Assembly (NCBI RefSeq): GCF_018977255.1
Contig: NW_024704810.1
Coordinates: 1 to 64,000 of the forward strand
DNA: 64,000 nt
Direction of reading: 5' to 3'
Source: Callorhinchus milii
Lineage: Eukaryota
Every line of letters starts with the position of its first letter. The stretch's first letter is position 1. This document shows positions 39,269-52,217 of the stretch, piece after piece. The notes below the pieces were generated by a model. The model was not told the DNA's origin, did no database searches, and saw only the letters and a list, made by a program, of their open reading frames with translations. The translations under genes were made by a program, and so were the position numbers.

Positions 39269-40192
39269 AACGAATCTTTCAGCGCTTTGATGAACAAATG
39301 CAAGTTTCCTTTGAAACCTTAATCAACTTTCCTCACTCCATACGCCTCTGTTTGCAGAACACGAAGTTGGAATCCGATAGTCAATTGTCGAATCGCTTTC
39401 AAGGGTAAATATCCCTAAAAAAAATGGGACTCGACACGCGACTGTTTGATTATCTCTGTTTACTCCAATTGTTTATATAGTTTCGCCCATACAATACGCA
39501 GTCACAAAACTTTACAGTTTATCATGTGAAGCGCTTTCACATGCCTTAGAGATGATATAATGCGCTGTACAAAACGTCAAGTATTGTTATGATAGTCACA
39601 AGAAGGCAGGCAGGACGTGGTATTCAGTGGAAGACCCTGAGTGTGTGCAGACGGCTATACTATGTGTTGGCATCAAGTCCTCGGGGGCAGGAGTCAATTT
39701 GATAATAAGTTGAAACGAGCCATTGCGAGGGCTCAAAGCGAAAGAAGAGGAATCAAGTAATATCAGCAGTTTCTCAGATGTTTCTGCCCCAATTAGTTGA
39801 AAGTTTCCTTCCGGTCCATTTCCGCTCTATGCATCTGGGTTTCAGAAGTTTGGGTACAAGACACTATTGTTTGTGGCATAATTCATGACGACAATTTATT
39901 TTTCTCTGCTGTTTATTTCGCTGAATGACGCTTCATATATTAACATTTATTGTTGTTAAGCTGGTGTATGAAATATGTAGATACCTATCACTATCATTAT
40001 GAATATATAATGATCAAGTTTTTGATATATTATATTATATGCGCGAAACACAACAACGAATTGCACACATCAGTGTCACACAAACTGTGGTGGTTAGAGT
40101 GACAAAGTCTTCGAAAAAAATCTAATTTTTATATTTTTTTCTTTATTAATTTCAATGCGTCCACGCTACACCTGGAATTTTTCCATATATTG

Positions 40193-40361
40193 NNNNNNNN
40201 NNNNNNNNNNNNNNNNNNNNNNNNNNNNNNNNNNNNNNNNNNNNNNNNNNNNNNNNNNNNNNNNNNNNNNNNNNNNNNNNNNNNNNNNNNNNNNNNNNNN
40301 NNNNNNNNNNNNNNNNNNNNNNNNNNNNNNNNNNNNNNNNNNNNNNNNNNNNNNNNNNNNN
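40193..40361. other. Assembly gap (169 N)
   Basis: Run of N. Confidence 0.99.
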
Positions 40362-40909
40362 CTCTCTTTCTCACCCTCGATCTTTCTCTCTAACATTACC
40401 AATTCTGTTTACTGAGATACGGAGAGCATTAATGAAAATCGTGATCCTCGCCCTTGACACAGCGACTAATATGTTTTGAAGACATCTCAAAATGATTTTC
40501 AGATTCAAGAGTGAAGAGAATATGTCAATTGAATTTTTGGAATAGGCAAAAGTTTAGGAACGTCAGAGTGTGCCTTGTGGTAACTCTTGGAAATTAAATC
40601 GCCAAATTCATTTCCAATGCCTTATCACGTGTTCGAGAAGTCTCAAAGCCTGTTGCTGAACATACCTGATAGGCAATATGCACTATGTTTTATTTGCGAA
40701 ACGCTGCAGCCTTTAATGCACAGCAATTACCCAAAAAGAGTCGTATATTGACTAACTTTTAATTATTTCCTTATGAAGGGAATATTATTATTATTAAGAA
40801 AAATTTCGATACACCAACCGATTAACAGCTGGGTTCCTACTCCCTGCTAGGTAAATATTGGTGAGTATGTCGACCAAGGAAACTTGCCTAAGTTCTTGAG
40901 TGTTTGCTG

Positions 40910-40948
40910 AGTTTTTGTACGGGGAACCTGTCTTCCTGTGACAGTGTG
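40910..40948 (-). other. 23-RSS (variant heptamer)
   Basis: CACACTG 40942-40948, 23-bp spacer, ACAAAAACT 40910-40918. Confidence 0.85.
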
Positions 40949-41763
40949 GGGTCCAGGGCACAGTAATACACAGCGCTGTCACCCACAACATCACTAAGTA
41001 TCTGCAGGTTAATTACTTTTTTCTCCTTGATCAGCTCGGCAGTGAAACGGTCAGGAGGACTGTCTACCTTTCCAGAGGAATATATCCTGAACAGGTACTG
41101 AGGAGCTCCATTTGGATTTTGCCTGTACCAGAAGGCAGCGTTTATTGTGGAATAACTGCAGTTCATTGTCACGTTCTCTCCTTCAAAATCTGTTATCTCG
41201 GGAGGATATTGGGTGACTGCATCTTGCCCGGAGACTTCTGCAAGTACAAAAACAACAGTTTGCTGAGCAACGTTCAGTGGAGATTTGCAATCATAATAAG
41301 TATAATAATAATTTCGTTTCTATAACTCGTTATCACACGGTTTGGACGTCTCAAAGCGCACACAGAATAAATTTTTATGAGAATTGACTCCATATTTTGA
41401 GGGAGATACGTTGCAGCTAATTAAGCGCTGCGTTGTCGCCCAAACCGTCATGGAATGATTGACGAAATTACTATTGATTGATTTATTCTTTAATGCATTA
41501 TTACCTTCGGAAAGCTATCCCTGAATCAACTATCAACCAGGTTCCCAGTTACTGCCGGTAAACAGAGGCTTGAGGTTTAGGCAAATTTGCTGGAAATTTC
41601 GAGTTGCCCGAGAATCGAACACAGGTCCTCTCGCTTGTGAGGTGAGTGCTCTAAACATTAAGCATCTGATGTAATATAATGTAAAGGTCATGGCTGGGCA
41701 TGTCCACATATACTTACTGGCTATGGTGAGGATGGCTATCAGTAACTGGCACAGAGCTGTCAT
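40949..41763 (-). CDS. TRAV/DV: TCR alpha/delta V gene (family F), apparently functional
   Basis: Leader 41718-41763 (MTALCQLLIAILTIA); V exon 40949-41237 KVSGQDAVTQYP..TMNC..FWYRQ..DSAVYYCALDP. Confidence 0.88.
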
Positions 41764-42774
41764 GTTGGCTGCTGAGGTGTGGACAGATAATGGGATCTCT
41801 TCCTTTGTATATCGCTGTGTTGCTGCTTCAGTGACAAGTTGTAAAGAAGCTGCTGATGTGATGTGTTCAGTCGTTTATTACCTCCAATTGTAGGCGTTTC
41901 CCACTCACTAGAGGATCTTAAATTTGATCTTCTGGTGATTGGGAGCAAATGGGCCTGGGATTGGATGGGAGCATCGATTCGCCTTTCACCCACAAAGAAT
42001 GTACTTTACGTTATATTCTGTGATGCTATTTGAGACGTCTCTAATAGTAGTGAGTCGCTGTATAAAGTGCAATGTCTATTATCATTCCTGTGAAAGCATT
42101 AGTTTGGTTGATGTTCAACAATGCAGCCCAACCTAAGTGGTTGAAGATTTAATTTCTACCATCAAAGCTGAGGTGACAGCCTTTCCCCGTTGATGATAGT
42201 TTCTATTCTGAGTCAGAATGTTGTTGGTTCAGGAGACATGTCGGCACTTTGAGCTCACAGTCTCGACTGAAAGTCAAATACAGGACTGTGTGTGGAATGC
42301 GATGTCCTCAAAACTCAGAAAAAGCCGATCACAGACGTTATGAATATTCGTGGGGAAATTAATGTTTGAATATTGCTTCATAATTTGGCTCACAATGTGC
42401 AGTCAATGCTTTTTACATGAATACGATGTAAAGTCTTGGAACCGCCTCCAACCTGAAAAGAGCTGTATCAAAGGCAAGTAATATTGTTATTGTTAATATT
42501 GTTATCGATGACCAAATCTTCTTATCATTGCAACAAAATAAGGAACCTGCAAACTCAGATACCTAAACCATATTGAACAAAGTCAGCTTTAATCTTCTTC
42601 TGCATTGAAACCAAAACAAGCGAACATATTGCTGCTAAGAAAATGAAGTACATTTGTTCACCATAAAGTGCGGCTGCTTACTTGGGAGAAAGACAATAAA
42701 GCATAGAATCAGAAATTTTAATTGCTTCTTGAGTAACCTAAGGCCACGCCGTAGGCAAATCTTTGTAAATTACA

Positions 42775-42945
42775 GTTGATCCAGTAACAGTGTATAAGAT
42801 GGAAGTATGTCACCTGTAACAGGAAGCAATCTGTTATTGCTGACAAGTCAATTAGTTACAGAAAGGAACCTGACAAGTTATCTGAGTTGCAGCTCAGCTT
42901 ATATATTTTGGTGCACCATCTGCTGGTGGATTGCAGCTAAAGCAC
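42775..42945 (-). promoter_or_regulatory. ETS plus CTCF block, copy 7
   Basis: CAGGAAG near 42820; CCAGCAGATGGTGC 42913-42926 (1 mismatch). Confidence 0.6.
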
Positions 42946-43505
42946 GTGCACAGTTGGAGGCATTTGAAAGCAAATAGTTCGCAGCCAATCTTTTCTTTCC
43001 CAGTTGTGAATGTTGCTGTATAAAAGAAAGTTGTTGTTTCGGATGAACGTCTACTTATTTAAACAGCACAGATGGACATGCACACGTGGCGAGACTCCCA
43101 GGGAAGCAAGACGTTTGAAGTTATTTATGTGAATGTAGCATTATTATAATTAATAATGATAATAACATTCATTGCAGTAATTCACTTGGTATCGCGCCAT
43201 ATCTCGTATTCAAGACCCTTCAAATCGCTTGACAGAATAGACTGTACACGAGTTGACTGCATATTGTGTGGGTGAAACGCGGCAGTCAATTGCTCACATC
43301 AATGTCCCACTGGATTGAGTGCACACTTCAGTATTAATATTATTGTTTTGAAGAAGTAATTACTTCTGGGAAATCGATTCGCCAATCGAATAACAACCGG
43401 GTTCCTTCTTTTACTGCTCGTTGAACAGAGTTGTTCGTGGAATAAGGAAACGTGCACAAAGCGAAGCGAATCCTCTCTCTACTGAGCTACAGGACTCCAC
43501 CTGAC

Positions 43506-43544
43506 AGTTTTTGTAGGGAGGAACCGCTGATCTGTGCGTCTGTG
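43506..43544 (-). other. 23-RSS (variant heptamer)
   Basis: CACAGAC 43538-43544, 23-bp spacer, ACAAAAACT 43506-43514. Confidence 0.82.
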
Positions 43545-44405
43545 GGGCTCAGTGCACAGTAATACCCCGCGGAGTCTGTAAGTCTCACTTGGAATATATT
43601 CAAGTGAACGGTTCTCTCCGCGTTAGACACATTCGTTGAGAAACGTTCTTTTGCAAAGTCTGCACGTTGCTGCTTGTTATTCCTGATGTAGGTATTAAGG
43701 ATATATTCTGGAGCTTTGTTGGGATAGTGTCTGTACCAGAACAGATATGCATCGCTGCCGGTTGTAGCTGTGTAGTTACACTGCAGATAAACAGCCTCTC
43801 CTTCATTCACTGTCACAGCAGATTGGAGCTGTGTCACAGAATCTCCTCCACAATATCCTGGGAACAAGACAGAAATCAGCGTTCAATACAATAAGAACGT
43901 TAATAATAATACTTTACCTCTATTTGATACAACGACTCATCGTGTCTTCGAAACATTACAAAGTACGTCGCAGAAAACATTTTAATTGTATTTCTTGGGC
44001 CAACGCAGCACACAATTATGCAATAGCACACGAACAGTCGTGGTTTGATTGAATGAATCGTGAATAAAATCGTAGGGATTTTCCTACCATGAAAATCCAT
44101 TCGCAAATTCACTTACAACGGATTCCTACAGCTATTGAAACAGAGTCGTGTGTTCGTAGTAACCAAATTCCCCTGAGGTTTCTCCCTGACCAGGAATCAA
44201 ACCCAGGTCCTCTCTCTTGCGATGCGAGTGCTATATCAACTGAGCTACAGGACTCTATAACGCCAAATTTCCTGTAGCGTTTTGCTTATCTAATGCAATA
44301 AAATAGGCATTGGGCAATATCTGCGGGACAGAGACTTCTTGAGCGAGTTGATGGCTTACCTGACAAGATAACGATGGCGGATGCCACATAGATATACATT
44401 GTCAT
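43545..44405 (-). CDS. TRAV/DV: TCR alpha/delta V gene (family A), apparently functional
   Basis: Leader 44360-44405 (MTMYIYVASAIVILS-G); V exon 43545-43857 GYCGGDSVTQ..LQCNY..WYRH..DSAGYYCALSP. Confidence 0.88.
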
Positions 44406-46167
44406 ATGTATTTAATGTCGCCGGGTGTTGAGAGAGCGTTGGTGGCGTAGTTGGAGAATGTTGGCTGAGAGGAAGTACGATACAGTGATGAGCTGAATAA
44501 GAAATCATACACAGAAGTTGCCCTATGCCGTGAAGGAGCAGGTCTGAGGGTTACGTGCTAAACTTGTGTCTCTCTCGTTGCTCTTCATCTTCTCTGCTCT
44601 GCCATCTCGCTCCTCCATTGGTTCTCTTCCATCACTGACATGTCTCTGTAGAACCGGGTGTCTGACACATGGAGCAAGTTACTCCCTCCTTAAATTCCTC
44701 CAATGCCTGTACATGAGTTCCACTTTTGTGTTCCCTTGAAGGACTCATCCTCATCAGTTAACTTTTCATGTCACGAGGCGGAGACTGGCCACGAAACAAG
44801 ACTCGGGGCAGGTAAATCTCTGTTGGGCGACACTCTGATCATGTACTTATTAATTGTCTTTTATTACTCAGGTCCACGCTTGTTATGCCAACTATCCGAT
44901 GGCAGGACAATCCCTCCTCGCCCTCCCCCCGAGCCCCCAACCCCCGCCTTTCACAAACAGCAGATTTTCACATCTCTGCTTCTATAGTGACAGTAATCAG
45001 TGCATTTGATATAGTTCCTGATCAAGTTACTGTGAACTCCCATAGCGCTTCTCAGTTTGTGCATTAAACAGTAGTGACTGTTTGTTATGTGGACTAAACG
45101 CGGCAGCCCATGTGCAGGCAAGTTGTCTCACAAGCAGTGCTGGATGTGGTGAGCACATTTGAAAAACAAGTCCTGTTAACAACCTCTCAAAACTTTATCC
45201 CTGAAACCGCGACTGTTGCGTGAAATTGGTTCCCGAGGTGCGCCCATACAATTCACAGTCACGACACATTATACTGTATTCTCTGCAGTGCTGTGAGGCA
45301 TCGTGGAGACGAGATGTAGCGCTGTATCAAATGTCAAGATTCATTGTGATATAGATGGTTAAAACGAGGTCGGATGTTGTATTAAGTGGAAGCCCCTGAG
45401 TGTGTGCCGACGGCTGGAAACTTTCTGCCAGTTACTGTGTTGTACGAATTATTTCGCGTAATGATCCTTCATACATCATCATATAGTTTTGTTAAACTGG
45501 TGTCTGACATATGTGGAAACCATTGATTATGATTATGACTATGATTATCCAAACCAACCTTTGGGTTATCATAAAAGCGCTTGTAATTAACTTAACGATT
45601 TACCCTCAGAGGGTACCGTGTAAAGTGCATCGACAGTGTATTTTGTGGACAACACCCGGCAGCCAAGTGCATAGTGCAGCTTCTCTCAAACAGTCTTTGA
45701 TCGAGTGATCCATTTTGTTGATGGATTATTACACCCGAACAAAGAGATCATCCAAACTGCTGTGAATCGGGTTCCTCGTTCCGCCTCAGTGAACCATTAA
45801 AAATAATAAGGATCTTTGCATTTAACATAGCGCTTCATCACCTATTCGATGACACATAGCATTTGGTAGGTTTTACGGTGAAGTAAATTGACTGTTTATG
45901 TTATGGGCGAAATGTCGCAGCCGTTTTCGCGCAGCAGTGTCCCACAAACAGTTGTGGATTGAATTTTGTTCTCTCTTTATAGGAATTATCACCATCGGAA
46001 AAGCGATCGGTCAATCAACTAACAACCATATTCCGACTTACCGCTGGATATACAGACGCATGTGGAGTAACGAAACTTGGCCAACATTTGGCACTGCCCG
46101 GTATTGAACCCAATTATTTCGCTTGCGAAGCGAGTGCTCTAACCATTGAGCTGCAGTAAAACCAACA

Positions 46168-46206
46168 TGTTTTTGTACAGGTACCTCTTGGACACACAGC
46201 ACTGTG
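46168..46206 (-). other. 23-RSS
   Basis: CACAGTG 46200-46206, 23-bp spacer, ACAAAAACA 46168-46176. Confidence 0.9.
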
Positions 46207-46663
46207 CCTTCCGCACAGAAGTAAGTGGCGGTGTCTGTCACCCGAAGGTCTTGGATTGTTAGAGTGCAGTTTCTCTGTCTTGTATTAGCCAAAGCGCTTA
46301 TCCTGTCCTTCATATTGATGTCTTTGTTCCCAAAACCAAGAACCGGATGGACCGTTTCCATACCGTGTGTACCAATGAAAGGTTGGGCCGGACACAGTGG
46401 TGTTGCACTCCATAGATACGTTTCCATTTTCATTCCCTGTCACGGCCTGAGGTGACTGTGAAACATCACTGTCAGCCAATACACCTGGAAAGATAACAGG
46501 AATGAACATACTCGCAAAGGAATTAGGATAGTGTCTGCCGCGATAAACCGTAATTATTTTGCAGGTAAAAAATAATTTTTTGATACAAATTCAAACACTA
46601 CTTACACCAAAGCTTTATTGTTAAATTCAAAATAATATACGTTGCGCTGAAAATCTGCTTCAT
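46207..46663 (-). pseudogene. TCR V pseudogene (family C), frameshifted as assembled
   Basis: Leader 46606-46663 intact (MKQIFSATYIILNLTIKLW); V exon 46207-46484 is 278 nt versus 280 in the intact paralog (two 1-nt deletions after WYTRYGNG). Confidence 0.75.
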
Positions 46664-47342
46664 TCTCGACTATCTTCGATTCACGTCAATATGTCCGGGT
46701 GAATTGCTACCAGAAATCATCTAAAGTCAGCGCCTGGTGGATAAACGTTGGTTCACTTGAGACGTTGACTCTTATCCCCGCGTCGTTACTCTGTCTCTGT
46801 TCATTGCTGGAGATGTATTGCGACTCCTCCTATCTTTTCAGTTCAGATTCCCTCCGCCTCGCAGTGGCAAACCACAGTAATGTGTGAAAGAGACAGTGTA
46901 GAGGAAGCGAGTTACAAAGACTGAAGCAGATAAGGTAAAAATAACAATACCCATATAACGCCTTATCACGTCATTGAGACGTCTCAAAGCGCTTCATGGA
47001 GTATACTGTAAAGTTAATTGACTGCATAAGTTGTGGGACAGTGCGGCAGATCATTACGCACATACGTCGCCCACAAATATTTGTGGCTTGAATGACTTAT
47101 TTAGCACTTTTTTAAGGAAATGTTACCAGTGAAATCTATCAGCCATCTGAGTAGCAACCGGGTACTATTCACTGCAATGTTAAACCAAGCCGTGTGGAGT
47201 AAGGATAAGTGCCAAAAAAATTGCCCGAATAAGAATCGAACCAATGTCTCCTTCTTGCGAGGCGAGTGCTCTAACCACTGAGCTATACGTCCAGATGTCC
47301 TGAGGAATGAGCCCAGATCTTGATAATAATAATAATTATTAG

Positions 47343-47560
47343 ACAGAGCCTAACAATAATTCCTCCAAATCCAAAAACAATAATAAATTGGTCATTTCCA
47401 ATCACGACTGTTTGGGACATTGCTGTGCGCAATTGGCTGCCGCGTTCGCCCACAAATATACAGTCAATTCACTTTACAGTGTGTTCTGTGAAGCGCTTTG
47501 GGACGTCCTCCCGACGTGAAAAGCGCTATATCAAATGCAAGGATTATTATTATTATTATT
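47343..47560 (+). mobile_element. 5'-truncated Deu-type SINE with (ATT)n tail
   Basis: gctgtgcgcaattggctgccgcgttcgccc...gggacgtcctcccgacgtgaaaagcgctatatcaaatgcaagg(att)n. Confidence 0.85.
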
Positions 47561-48661
47561 AGCTTGGCGAATTGCAAGAATGGTGTATCAGGAACTTTGT
47601 GATTAAAAGAATGAGATCAATTGGTTCCTAGGGTTCCGTAGAATCCAAGTTTAAGATAGATTAGGATATAAGGAAGAGGTTTTCCATTAATCATAGGAGC
47701 AGAGCAGTCCACGATTCCTGATGCACTCTTACATTTTGTGAACTGATCGCCTACACGTTGTAATAAACTGTGATGCCGACAATCTATATTTCGTGTACAT
47801 TGTCCTCTGAATGGAAAGTATAAACCGAGGCAACGGACGAGGTTGACAAGCTTCTGAGTACGATTGAATTACAGGATAATGCGTTGTTGAACCACTCATC
47901 ACAGAACTCTCAGCCAGTGGTGTCTCCTCAAAATATCAGCGACAGCCAGTGGTTGAACACCTCACTACAATTATTACGCTTAACCCAAAATAACAATGAT
48001 GATTACATTAATGATTGCATTTGATAAAGCGCCTTACAGTGCCATTGGGACGACAGAAAGCGTTTCGCAGAATATTATATGCAGCGTTATGATCTACAGA
48101 GATTACTGGGGGCGAAGCGCGTCGTCTACTGCACCGATTATTCATATTTTCAGTGACCAACTTGCTGTTATTTTTTTAAGGGATTATTAATTCTGGAAAA
48201 GCGATCAGCCAAGAGACTATCAACCGTGTTCCTGCGTCTGCGAGAAAGACAGAGGCAAAATAAAATATGTTATGTTATATTATGTGTAGCAACGATATTG
48301 TGATTGTGACAGTTGAAACGTGGCAGTCTATTGCACACAAAGAGTAAACGATTGAGCTACCAAACTGTTGTTATAATTTTTAAGGAATTGTTACTCCTGG
48401 AAAAGCGTTACGCTGATGGAATGCCAACCGTGTTCCTACAACTGATAGGAAGGCAGAGGAATGTGTGTGGAGCAAAGAAATTTGCCCAATATTTCGTCCC
48501 ACCCGGGAATCCAACCCAAGTCTTCACGCTTGCGAGCTGAATTAGCTCAGGTCAAACCAATATAGCACTGGACTATATAAGTCAACAGATATAAATGCTG
48601 TTTTAATTTGACTTGATGCAATGGCTCCCCCTGGTGGTTGATCAGCAAATGAACCGGTTGC

Positions 48662-48700
48662 AGTTTTTGTACGGAGCCGCCATAGCTCGGCAGCAGTGTG
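48662..48700 (-). other. 23-RSS (variant heptamer)
   Basis: CACACTG 48694-48700, 23-bp spacer, ACAAAAACT 48662-48670. Confidence 0.85.
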
Positions 48701-49481
48701 GGCCTCTTCGCGCAGTAATACACGGCACTGTCCCCGATCAGGACGGTGACAATACTCAGTTCGAAATCTTCATTCGATTCATTGACGGTGGAGGAGAATC
48801 GATGTGGGAAGTCAGTGCTCTTATAATCCTTGTCTGAAATTGAGTAAAGTATGTAGACAGGAGCGTTTCTGGAAGCTTGTCTGTACCAGTAAAGATAGTT
48901 GGCATCACTGATTTTCCTTAAGGTGCAGGATAATTTCACATCTTTTCCCTCTTCAACTGATATTTCAGCAATCGGTTGTTTCCCCGTGTCTTGCAGGCGG
49001 ACTCCTGTGATTTAAAAGAACATATTGTTGAGCAGAAAATTTGACTTACGTGGAGTCCTGTAGTGTTTGGTGGGAACATTCGCCTCACAAGGAAGAGATT
49101 CGGCTTTTATACTGGGGCAGAGCGAAAGCTTAGGCAATTTTCCTTGCTCCATATGCTTCTGTTTACCAAGCAATAAATAGGAACAAATTTGTCAGCCGAT
49201 TGGCGCCTCTCTTTTCCAGTTGGTAACTAGCCCTTCAATAATAAATCAATAATAAAATAGATAATAATGTGATTACCCAATCCATGACTATTCGATAAAA
49301 ACTGCTATGCACAATCGGCTCGAATATATGATAAGGCACTATATCAAATGCAAAGATTATTAATATTATAATGTTGTAAATGGTATAACACGATATTAAA
49401 AAAGAAGATGTATAAAAGATACTAACGGCAAAATAAGCTGAGAGTGATTGAGAGCACAGCACATGTCTCCCACATGAACAT
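48701..49481 (-). CDS. TRAV/DV: TCR alpha/delta V gene (family B), apparently functional
   Basis: Leader 49427-49481 (MFMWETCAVLSITLSLFC-R); V exon 48701-49004 VRLQDTGKQPIAEISVEEGKDVKLSC..YWYRQ..DSAVYYCAKRP. Confidence 0.88.
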
Positions 49482-49544
49482 CCTGATCCCGTGTCTGACA
49501 TTAACTCCCAATGATGGGGATTGATGGGGCTTTTTGGCTCAGTA

Positions 49545-49795
49545 GCCACACACTTACATCCCCGCCCACACACAGAGCCCCGCTCACACAGTCACTGCCA
49601 CGCCCACAAATCTACGTTGCTCAATCACTGCCCCGCCCACACAGAGCCCCGCCCACACAGCCACGACCACGCCCACAGAAATACGTCACTCAGTCGCTGC
49701 CCCGACCGCACTGAGCCGCATCACCCAATCACTGCCGTTACATCGCAGCGCCCCGCCCACACAGCGCCCCGCCCCCTCCACTCCCCCCACACAAA
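49545..49795 (-). repeat. Family-B promoter minisatellite
   Basis: Repeated ccccgcccacacag / ctgccacgcccac / tacgtcactcagtc units. Confidence 0.78.
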
Positions 49796-50909
49796 CACAC
49801 TGTGCCACACAATCAAGTCACTCAATCCAGAACAATATATGGGCCACTGTTTTATACAGTTGGCTACCAAGTTTGTCTCCCCCCCATTACAATCTAACGA
49901 CCCATCCAACCCCTCCGCCCCTCCACCCCACACCCCACTATCTCCAACACCCACAGTGCCGCAAAGTAAGGCAACTCAAACCACAACATTTTGTGGGACA
50001 CTGCTGTACACAATTGGCATCATACAATATTGTCACTCATCCTTCCAGGGTATTCTGTGAAGAGGTTTCAGACATCTCAATGACATAATATGGCAGTATA
50101 TCAAATGCAATCTTTGTTATTATTATCGTTATTATCACAGTGTTGAATAAGACATACCCTTACATTTGTGTTCATTAACCGTGTTTGAGAAATGCTTTTA
50201 TCATATACAGCCTTGTCATTTGGTCAATACGCCACAAAACTCCTCGCTGGTTTTAATGTCGATTACAGAGACAGCGTGGTTGTCAACTTGGCACCCGATT
50301 TGTGCATAATACTGTCCCGCAAACAGCTATGAATGAAGGATGAATTTTATAGATGCAAGTCTGCCCAGACAGCGGTAGAAACCTGGTTACTTCTCGAGCA
50401 GTGCAATGGCATTTTCATAGTCCCTTCAAACAAGCCGCCTGGACCTGGGTTTAATATTAACTCGGTAGGACGAGCTTCACCGACAATAAAGACAGCCAGG
50501 CCTGCTCTAGAGTGTCAGCCCAGAACAGAAAAAAAAATCCAATACATATTACACAGTGATCTTTTCAGTCGCATTTCAATATGTCAGTTGCGGGATGAAA
50601 TATCAATGTTTTTATTATACAGTTATATACCTATTAAGTAGCTTAATGCTCACGTTTAATGTAGTTACCAGACCGATATATTTTTTTCGCACAGCAAGTT
50701 GTTCCGATCTTGAACGCGTTGCCTGAAAGGGCGACTGAAGCCGTTACGGTTACAACTTTCAAGAGCGAATTGTTTTGCCGAAGATAAAACTATTTATTAG
50801 CGGCTGCTATTTGGGATGAAGGCAATAATATTCAAGCATGCGGCATAGAAATTGTTTCTTCATCAACCTAAGCCTTGTGTGAATACTTTAGGCAAATATT
50901 TGGAAATTT

Positions 50910-51090
50910 CAGTTGAAGCAGCAATAGTGTGTATGAGTGAAAACTGTTAACTGCAACAGGAAGCACCTGTTACTGCTGCAAAGTAAGTAAGTGACAGAAA
51001 GCAACGTGACAAGTTATGTTAATTGCAGCTCATGTTCCATGTGTTTGTTTGGTGCGCCATCTGCTGATGGATTGTAGCTACAGCACATAT
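50910..51090 (-). promoter_or_regulatory. ETS/E-box plus CTCF block, copy 8
   Basis: CAGGAAGCACCTG near 50957; TCAGCAGATGGCGC 51054-51067. Confidence 0.6.
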
Positions 51091-52179
51091 ACATTTGGTG
51101 GGGTTTCGCAGCATATAGTTGTTTTTGTTTTTGCATTGGAATTTGATATATTTGTCACATTTTCCTGCTCGTTACTCCTATCTTCTGTTTTTCCCCGGAA
51201 CATTCCTGTGCAACGTCGGTCACATTCCTTAATTTGTCATTTCTCTGTGCAAACATTTGCTGCCTGACTTGCCTTTTTAGTTCATCGCCAAAACTCTCCC
51301 CTAAGTGGAAAGCGCTAAATTGGAATACCAAGAGGCCATTCTGCTCCTTCAGCCATTTCCAACGTTAATTCATATCTTGGCTGATACATCCCTCAGCTCA
51401 TATTCCAGCCGTTTCCCCCAATCGATTGAAATTCTGTCCGAAAATAAATGTATCCAACTTCGTCTGCATAATAGGAACGGAACTAACATCCCCAGAATCT
51501 TTGTGGAAATTTTCCAGATTTCCTTACATTTTTCATAATTTTTTTTCTAATTGTCTCTGCTAACTGGACTGGATAATGCACTTTTACTTCTACATTCCCC
51601 AACCAACCAGAATAAACAGTTTCTCAATAAATAGAGGAAATAGTTTTTGGGGAAACTACATAAATGGAACTTGTTTATTTTGATGTTTTCTTACTGAATA
51701 AAGCAGCACAGAAAGAATCGTGCAAGTGACAGCGTTCCCCAGAGGCAAGACATTTTTTACTTATTACTTGGATGATAACATGACTACAGTTAATAACATT
51801 AATAGCAATAACAGTTGCATTTGATACTACGCCGTATCACATCTTCGGGACGCCACACATTGCTTCATAGAATATACCGTAAATGAATTGACTGTATATT
51901 GTGAGTGCAAAGCACTGCTACAAATTGTACACATCGCTATCCCAGTGCATGAAGTGCCCAATTTATTATCAACGCTAATATTCCGAAGGAATTGTTATCT
52001 CTGGAAAATCGAAACGCCAATCTATTAACAACCTGCTTCCCACTTACTGCTGGTAACCAGAGACGTGTATGTGTGGAATAAGTAAGTTGCACAATGCTTC
52101 GTTCTGCTGGGAATTGAACCAAAGTCTCTCCCTTGTGTGGCGAGTGCTATAACCACTGAGCTGCAGGGTTCCTCATGGC

Positions 52180-52217
52180 AGTTTTTGTAGGGTGGAATCG
52201 CTGATCTGTGCCCTGTG
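52180..52217 (-). other. RSS with 22-bp spacer
   Basis: CACAGGG 52211-52217, 22-bp spacer, ACAAAAACT 52180-52188. Confidence 0.75.

Noticed and set aside
40129-40415. ORFs spanning 40.1-40.4 kb
   Set aside because: Artefacts of the N gap.
44812-44871. Plus-strand GT-AG pair resembling a 60-nt intron
   Set aside because: No coding context on either side, absent from paralogous units, and easily arises by chance.
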